Source: Ascoidea asiatica JCM 7603
Taxonomy: Eukaryota; Fungi; Ascomycota
Length of the DNA: 64,000 bases
NCBI GenBank assembly: GCA_001600695.1
Contig: BCKQ01000005.1
Location: 136,593 to 200,592, forward strand
Reading direction: 5' to 3'
Position numbers and translations under genes: made by a program. This document shows, piece by piece, positions 56,086 to 64,000 of the stretch (its first letter is position 1; the number at the start of each line of letters is the position of its first letter). The notes beneath the pieces are model-generated. The model searched no databases. It had not been told where the DNA came from and saw nothing but the letters and a program-made list of their open reading frames with translations.

Positions 56086-57597
56086 ATGTTGAGTAAATTG
56101 AAATTTTCTTTATTAGATTCTCATATCTCACCTTCTTCTCCTGCAATTCATGGTGGTGCTGAACCAAATTTGAAATCAATTTATCAGTCAAGAAAAAATT
56201 TTGGTGTCAATTTTGGTGGTTTATTTTATTTACAAAAATCTATTTTTCCAAAATTTTTCATTAAAGATTCTTTAAATGAATTTGATGCAATTAATAATTT
56301 AATTAATGATATTGGTGAAGATAAAACAATTGAATTATTAGAAAATCATTGGAAAAATTATTTAAATGATCAAGATTGGAAATGGTTAATGGATATTGGT
56401 GTAACTTCAATAAGAATTCCAATTGGTTATTGGCATGTTAATAATTCTTCTTTCACAAAAAATACTCCAATGTTTAAAATTTCAAAAATCTATAAAAATT
56501 CTTGGTCTATATTAAAAAAATTTTATATTAATAAAGCTTTAAAATTCAATATAAGTATTTTAATTTTATTAAATTCAGTACCTTATGGTGCTGATATTGA
56601 TAACAATAATGGTTTTATAAATTCAAATTCAAAATTTTGGAAAAATTTAGATTATCAATTAATAACCTCAAATTGTTTAAAATTTATTTCAAATGATCTT
56701 TATAATTTTGATAATATTTCTGGTATTCAAATTTTAAATAAAATTGATTCGAATGTTAATTTTGATGATTTAAAAAAATTTTATTCAAAATCAATAAATT
56801 TAATTAGAAAAAAAAATGAACATATTCCAATAATAATTTCTGATTCAAATAATCCAAATAAATGGATTAATTGGTTAAAAAATCAAACAAAAATTGCAAA
56901 TGGTTCTTTAGGTATTCAAATTGATTCTCATATTTATTTTTGTTATGATAAATTAGATAAAGAAAAAAGACCTGATGTAATTATTAGAGATTTAGGTGAT
57001 TCAATTTTTCAAAATATTGATATAAAAGATATTGATATTATGGTTGGTGAATATTCTTGTTATATAGATGAAGAATCTTGGAATCAATATTTTTTTAATG
57101 ATAGAGAATCAAAAACTATAGATTTTGGCAGAAAACAAGTTTATTTTTTTAATAAAAAAGCGAAATCTGGTTGTTATTTTTGGACTTATAAAATCCAAGA
57201 TTCTGATTATAGTGAATGGAGTTTTAGATCAATGGTTAATAGAGGTGCTATACCTCATAGACCACTTGCTCCAATTAAAGATGCAACTGAAGATGATCTA
57301 AATTATGTTTTAATGAAAAAATCTGAAGAACATAATGCTATATGTAATGAAAAAGATTCTCAAATACAATGGGAAACTGATAGATATAAGGATGGTTTTT
57401 TAACAGGTTGGTCTGATGCAATAACTTTTTCTGAGTTTTTAGGTTCAAGAATTGGTAGACTTCAAGCTTGGAAAGCTGCAAGACTTAATGAACATATTAT
57501 TGCAAGAGGTGAGAATGAATTTTTATGGGAATGGGAAGCAGGTTTTGATGATGGTGTGGTGGAATTTGAACGAATTGCTTTTCATGAAATTAATTGA
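56086..57597 (+). CDS. Glycoside hydrolase family 5 (YBR056W-like) protein, probably catalytically impaired
   Basis: GVNFGG, TSIRIPIGYW, IDSHIY, VGEYS, GCYFWTYK; canonical NE motif appears as NK. Confidence 0.88.
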   Translation: MLSKLKFSLLDSHISPSSPAIHGGAEPNLKSIYQSRKNFGVNFGGLFYLQKSIFPKFFIKDSLNEFDAINNLINDIGEDKTIELLENHWKNYLNDQDWKWLMDIGVTSIRIPIGYWHVNNSSFTKNTPMFKISKIYKNSWSILKKFYINKALKFNISILILLNSVPYGADIDNNNGFINSNSKFWKNLDYQLITSNCLKFISNDLYNFDNISGIQILNKIDSNVNFDDLKKFYSKSINLIRKKNEHIPIIISDSNNPNKWINWLKNQTKIANGSLGIQIDSHIYFCYDKLDKEKRPDVIIRDLGDSIFQNIDIKDIDIMVGEYSCYIDEESWNQYFFNDRESKTIDFGRKQVYFFNKKAKSGCYFWTYKIQDSDYSEWSFRSMVNRGAIPHRPLAPIKDATEDDLNYVLMKKSEEHNAICNEKDSQIQWETDRYKDGFLTGWSDAITFSEFLGSRIGRLQAWKAARLNEHIIARGENEFLWEWEAGFDDGVVEFERIAFHEIN

Positions 57598-57869
57598 TTG
57601 ATTTTCTTTTTTAATGATCTTATCTTATCTTATCTTAACTTGTCTTATCTTTTTAATTTAATTTTATTTTTCTTTGCTTTAATTTTCATTTTCTTCTTAG
57701 CTTTTAATTCGCTATTAAAATCAAATAACTGTTTTCTATTTCTTTAACGACTCTGAATTTCTCATTATACACTTCATAAATTGATAAGTAATTAAAAAAA
57801 AAATACTATTAAATTTAATTTCAAATAATCATAGATTTAAATAATTTAGATTTGTTATATATAGTTGAC

Positions 57870-60359
<2,490 letters not shown>

Positions 60360-60605
60360 TTATCTGATATATTATGAATGTAATGTTGGAGGATTTGAAT
60401 ATGAAAAATATAAATATATATATATATATACAGTATATATATCTAAATAAATAAGATATTCGAATATGATTATGAAATAAAAGAAAAGAAAGAATTATAA
60501 TGTTGTATAAAATACAAATTGAATTGATAAAACATACAGTAACCCTTTAGTATATTCGTATGGTACTTACATATTGTAGTGTATATTGAAATTACTGAGT
60601 TTGGT

Positions 60606-60912
60606 TTTCGCCACCTTCAACACCTACTAAATACTGTAGTAGTAATAGACCCCCGGAAACTGATTCTTAACCCCTGTATATTTATTATTTCCGTATCAGT
60701 AACATGACAAACCCCTAACGTTGTTCTGCAGTACTAAACTACCAGTGCTCGAGACTGGTCCCGTGCTGGATTATGTCAGCGGTGGCAAGTGACAAAAGAT
60801 AGCGTGCTTCCCTTGTCTCTGGTGAGATTCTGAGGGAGCAGCTATGGCTAGTGTGGTAGGAGTGTCCCTCCGCTGAACTTTCACGTGAGGTTATCCGGAA
60901 CTCATTTCCGGA
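60606..60912. promoter_or_regulatory. Stress/proteostasis promoter elements upstream of CDC48
   Basis: PACE-like TTTCGCCACC (60606-60615) and GGTGGCAAG (60781-60789), two CCCCT STRE cores (about 60671 and 60712), CACGTG 60882-60887, HSE-like TTCCGGAA. Confidence 0.55.
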
Positions 60913-61267
60913 AGGTATGGCGAACAAAGTATTCTATGGGCCGGAGTTTGTAACCGATCAGCTGATTTGGTTTCTTATTCAAGAATCTTCCTCAGTTAAT
61001 ATCAGTTCTGAGAAGTCTTTTAACTATCTCCGAAACCACGAAATTAAAAGTAACTTTAGTGAGTGAACTGAAATAAAGAAAGTGTGTAAAGTTTATCAAG
61101 TTTATCAAATTTATCAAATTTAGTAGTAGAATTAAAATTATTTTTCCAAGAAGAACAGTTGACTGATTTGAATGAAGTTTATTACTGGTAATTCGTTTCC
61201 AATTTTATTTTCAATTCCATTTCCTATTTGTAGGATTACAAAATTTTCAATTTTAAATTTTCCCTCG

Positions 61268-61753
61268 ATGTCATTTAAACAAAAAAAAGATGTTATAGAT
61301 AGTGATTGCAATGAAACTAAGGAATTTTCATTTTCTGATTTGAAATTTATTGAACCTGAAACTTTAAAAGATTGGATTTTAGATGAATCAAATAAAAATT
61401 ATAATAACTTTTTAATTATTGATGTTAGAGAAGATGATTATGAATTTGGTAAAATTAAAAAAAACTCAATGAATATACCATATTATAAATTGATTAATAA
61501 TGAAGAAAATAATTTTAAAGAATTAAGTGAAAAATTAATTAATAATAATATAAATAATATAATATTTCACTGTTCTTTTTCACAACAAAGAGGTCCATCA
61601 TCTGCTTTAAAATATTTAAGATCTTTGAATTTACATAAATCTTTTCTAAAACTTTATAATGATAAAAAAATTAATGTTTTTGTTTTAAAAGGTGGTTTTA
61701 AGAAATGGTATAAATATTATAATTCAAACCCAGATTTAATTCAACTATTTTAA
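61268..61753 (+). CDS. YCH1: Cdc25-like rhodanese-fold phosphatase/arsenate reductase (Ych1/Ibp1 family)
   Basis: IIDVRED, FHCSFSQQRGP (HCX5R), VLKGGFKKW; start at 61268 or the upstream in-frame ATG at 61172. Confidence 0.85.
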   Translation: MSFKQKKDVIDSDCNETKEFSFSDLKFIEPETLKDWILDESNKNYNNFLIIDVREDDYEFGKIKKNSMNIPYYKLINNEENNFKELSEKLINNNINNIIFHCSFSQQRGPSSALKYLRSLNLHKSFLKLYNDKKINVFVLKGGFKKWYKYYNSNPDLIQLF

Positions 61754-61865
61754 TATATTTTGAAATTTATATTTATAATAAAAAAATATCTATTTACAAT
61801 GAAATCATTCAAAAAACAAAAAACAAAAAACTGAAAAAAAAACTAGTTATTATAATAAAAAATAA

Positions 61866-61903
61866 TTATAATAATAATAATAGTAATAATAATAATAATA
61901 ATA
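61866..61903. repeat. (AAT)n microsatellite
   Basis: Visible triplet run between convergent YCH1 and MRP10. Confidence 0.8.
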
Positions 61904-61917
61904 AAACTTTGATACAT

Positions 61918-62309
61918 TTAATCGCGCGTATTTCCATTGATTTTGGGATATAAACGAGTCGAATGATAATTTATTGTAGATTTCATTTCCTTTGTTGTTT
62001 TCTATAAATTTGGAAAAAAAATCAATTACAATAAAATATAGTATTTTGTTAGTATTAAAATTTCATTTAATATAATATGATTTCTTCATGCAAAAGGATA
62101 ATAACTTTTATAATACTTACAAAACTATCCATGCATAATTTCAATTCTCCTTCTAATGGAGAACATTTAATTGAACCTTCTCCATTTGACGACCAACAAT
62201 TTAATAATGTAGACATTATAACCAAACACTGATTTGATTGTTTTTGACTAACTGGTTTTTTGACTTGAAATCTTGGTAAAGGTGGTAAACGAGATGGTTT
62301 TGGTGCCAT
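61918..62309 (-). CDS. MRP10: Mitochondrial ribosomal protein mS37; exons 62309-62121 and 62001-61918
   Basis: [13 protein letters not shown], twin CX9C, exon 2 [17 protein letters not shown]; intron GTAAGT...TACTAAC...TAG. Confidence 0.92.
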
Positions 62310-62494
62310 ATTGAACAAAATCTAAATTCTAAAGTCTAGGATATGTTTAACTGTAATATTTTTGATCTAAATATATATTTTAAACCTTTTATATCACTCA
62401 CAATAATCATTCAACCTCATATAATCAATCAAATTAAATTAAATTATGTTTAATTTAATCAAATCAATATAAATCACTTCCAACTGAAAAATGG

Positions 62495-62502
62495 TTACCC
62501 GG
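62495..62502. promoter_or_regulatory. Reb1-type site TTACCCGG
   Basis: Exact consensus in the divergent promoter upstream of MRP10. Confidence 0.55.
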
Positions 62503-63154
62503 CCAACTTGCCTGCAAAAACAAATATCCGTGTTCCCGTTGATGTCTGAACTAATCTCCGTGTCAAAACTTCCGTAGTAAAGTTTCCGTGACAAAACTTC
62601 TCAAACTCAGCTGAAACTTCTGCGCGGATAATTAACAAGTTATCAACAATTGACAAATGATCCCCTTATGAAGTTATCAGTTATTTTTGTTCTTCCAACT
62701 TGCAGTGATCGCAGTAGTTGTGATAGTAATTAACTCTACAGTTTCAGTCAGAATCTTTATCAGATTTTCTCTTTGAAATAAGTTAATCTATTTTTTAAAA
62801 ATATAAAAAAATATAACTAAATTAAAGCTCAATTTAATTCATAAGCTGCTTTTCTTAAATTCTTCTGATCTTTTTTTTTTGATTTTTAATTAATTTTTAT
62901 TCAATTAAAATCATCATTTAACTTATCTTTTAATTTCTCTTTTTTCTCGCTTTTGCACCGTGTTTTTTATCAAAAATTATCAATCTTTTTTTTGTTTTTT
63001 TTTTATTTGTTTTTCGCATTCCCGTTTTTTTAATATCTTTAAAATCACTCTTCAAAGAAATCAAATAATCCAAATTCAAATTTAATTTTCTTTGATTCAT
63101 TATCAAACAAATTTATTCTCAAGGTTTTTTATTCTCAAGGTTTTAAAAAAAAAA

Positions 63155-63692
63155 GTATGTATAAATTCAAATCATTAAATATTTCGTCATATTTTTAGAA
63201 TATTTTTAACTTTTTTTTTCGATTTTTAATTATTTTTTCTAAACTTAAATCAATTATTATATGGGTTTTTAATATACTATGTTTACCTTTTCAAAAATTC
63301 TTAAAGTCTGAATACAGTAATAGTAATTAAAAGTAATAGTTATACACTATATCTTTCCATAATCAAAATTTTATATTTCAACTTTTCTTAAATTTATCAA
63401 TTTATGACTTCTTTCATATTCAATTATTAATTTTGCTTTAATTTCAAAATTAAGCTTAAATATCAATTTTAATTTCAGTTTCAATTCAGATAATATGAAT
63501 AAAATGTTAATACTCATTTACTACCTTAAAATATTTTAAAAACTTTCAATCATCAGTAATTTTTTTCAACTTATATTATATTCTTATGAAATATTTTCGT
63601 ACTTTCTTTCTTTCTTTCTTTTTTTCTCATAATTCATTTTAGAAATGATTAAACAATTACTAACAAAATATTCCTTCTTTTCATTTATCAAG
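63155..63692 (+). other. Probable 538-nt 5'-UTR spliceosomal intron
   Basis: GTATGT at 63155, TACTAAC at 63658-63664, pyrimidine tract, first AG at 63691-63692; ATG follows at 63729. Confidence 0.7.
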
Positions 63693-63728
63693 CCAATTGA
63701 AAAAAATAAATCCTTCTCATATTAAGAA

Positions 63729-64000
63729 ATGGTATCTGAAACTTATTCATCAAGTTCTGTATCAACTTCAAGCTCTTCCATAACTCCAATAAATTCTCTG
63801 TCAAATAATTCAAAAAATGAATTAAATAATACCTCAAAATTAAAAAATAAAAATTATAAAAATAAAAACAATTCTCATAAATCTCCTCAGATTGAAAATA
63901 ATAGACCTTCAAAACTTCAAAAGATTTCTTCTAATTCTAATTCCAGTTTTAATTCAATTTCTAACAATTCTTCAAATAAATTACCAACTCCAACTACTTA
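63729..64000 (+). CDS. 5' part of an unidentified gene with Ser/Asn-rich N-terminus (runs off the window)
   Basis: ATG at 63729, frame open to the end (MVSETYSSSSVSTSSSSITPIN...), directly after a branchpoint and acceptor. Confidence 0.7.
   Translation, partial: MVSETYSSSSVSTSSSSITPINSLSNNSKNELNNTSKLKNKNYKNKNNSHKSPQIENNRPSKLQKISSNSNSSFNSISNNSSNKLPTPTT

Noticed and set aside
60739-60927. 62-aa minus-strand ORF in the GC-rich island
   Set aside because: Non-ATG start; an open frame is expected from the local GC content.
63688-63912. 74-aa minus-strand ORF
   Set aside because: Antisense shadow of the + strand ORF starting at 63729.

Overview
Eukaryotic, AT-rich budding-yeast (Saccharomycotina) chromosomal DNA; no rRNA, tRNA, CRISPR or intact transposon recognised. 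About 24 protein genes: an orphan HTH-like ORF, a bHLH factor, VAC7, YTA7, ACP1, MRPS12, ARC35, AFR1-like, HIU hydrolase, TFB5, COG3, GSH2, RRT8-like, CMC1, SMC5, MAP1, a Cys-rich microprotein, RPF2, TRP3, NOT3/5, TEL1, a GH5 glucanase-like protein, CDC48, YCH1-like, MRP10, plus a gene running off the right end. I reconstructed six coding introns missed by the ORF track and one probable 538-nt 5'-UTR intron. Most interesting: CTG codons absent from four conserved genes but present in a disordered protein (possible CUG reassignment or ambiguity), a GC-rich strongly folding element between CDC48 and YCH1, a GH5 lacking its catalytic acid/base Glu, an abrupt AT-rich compositional domain starting inside TEL1, an inverted-repeat/MADS-site cluster beside a transposase-HTH-like orphan, and a recurrent intergenic TACWGTA motif. 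Gene names come from recalled family motifs, not database searches; all counts are by hand.
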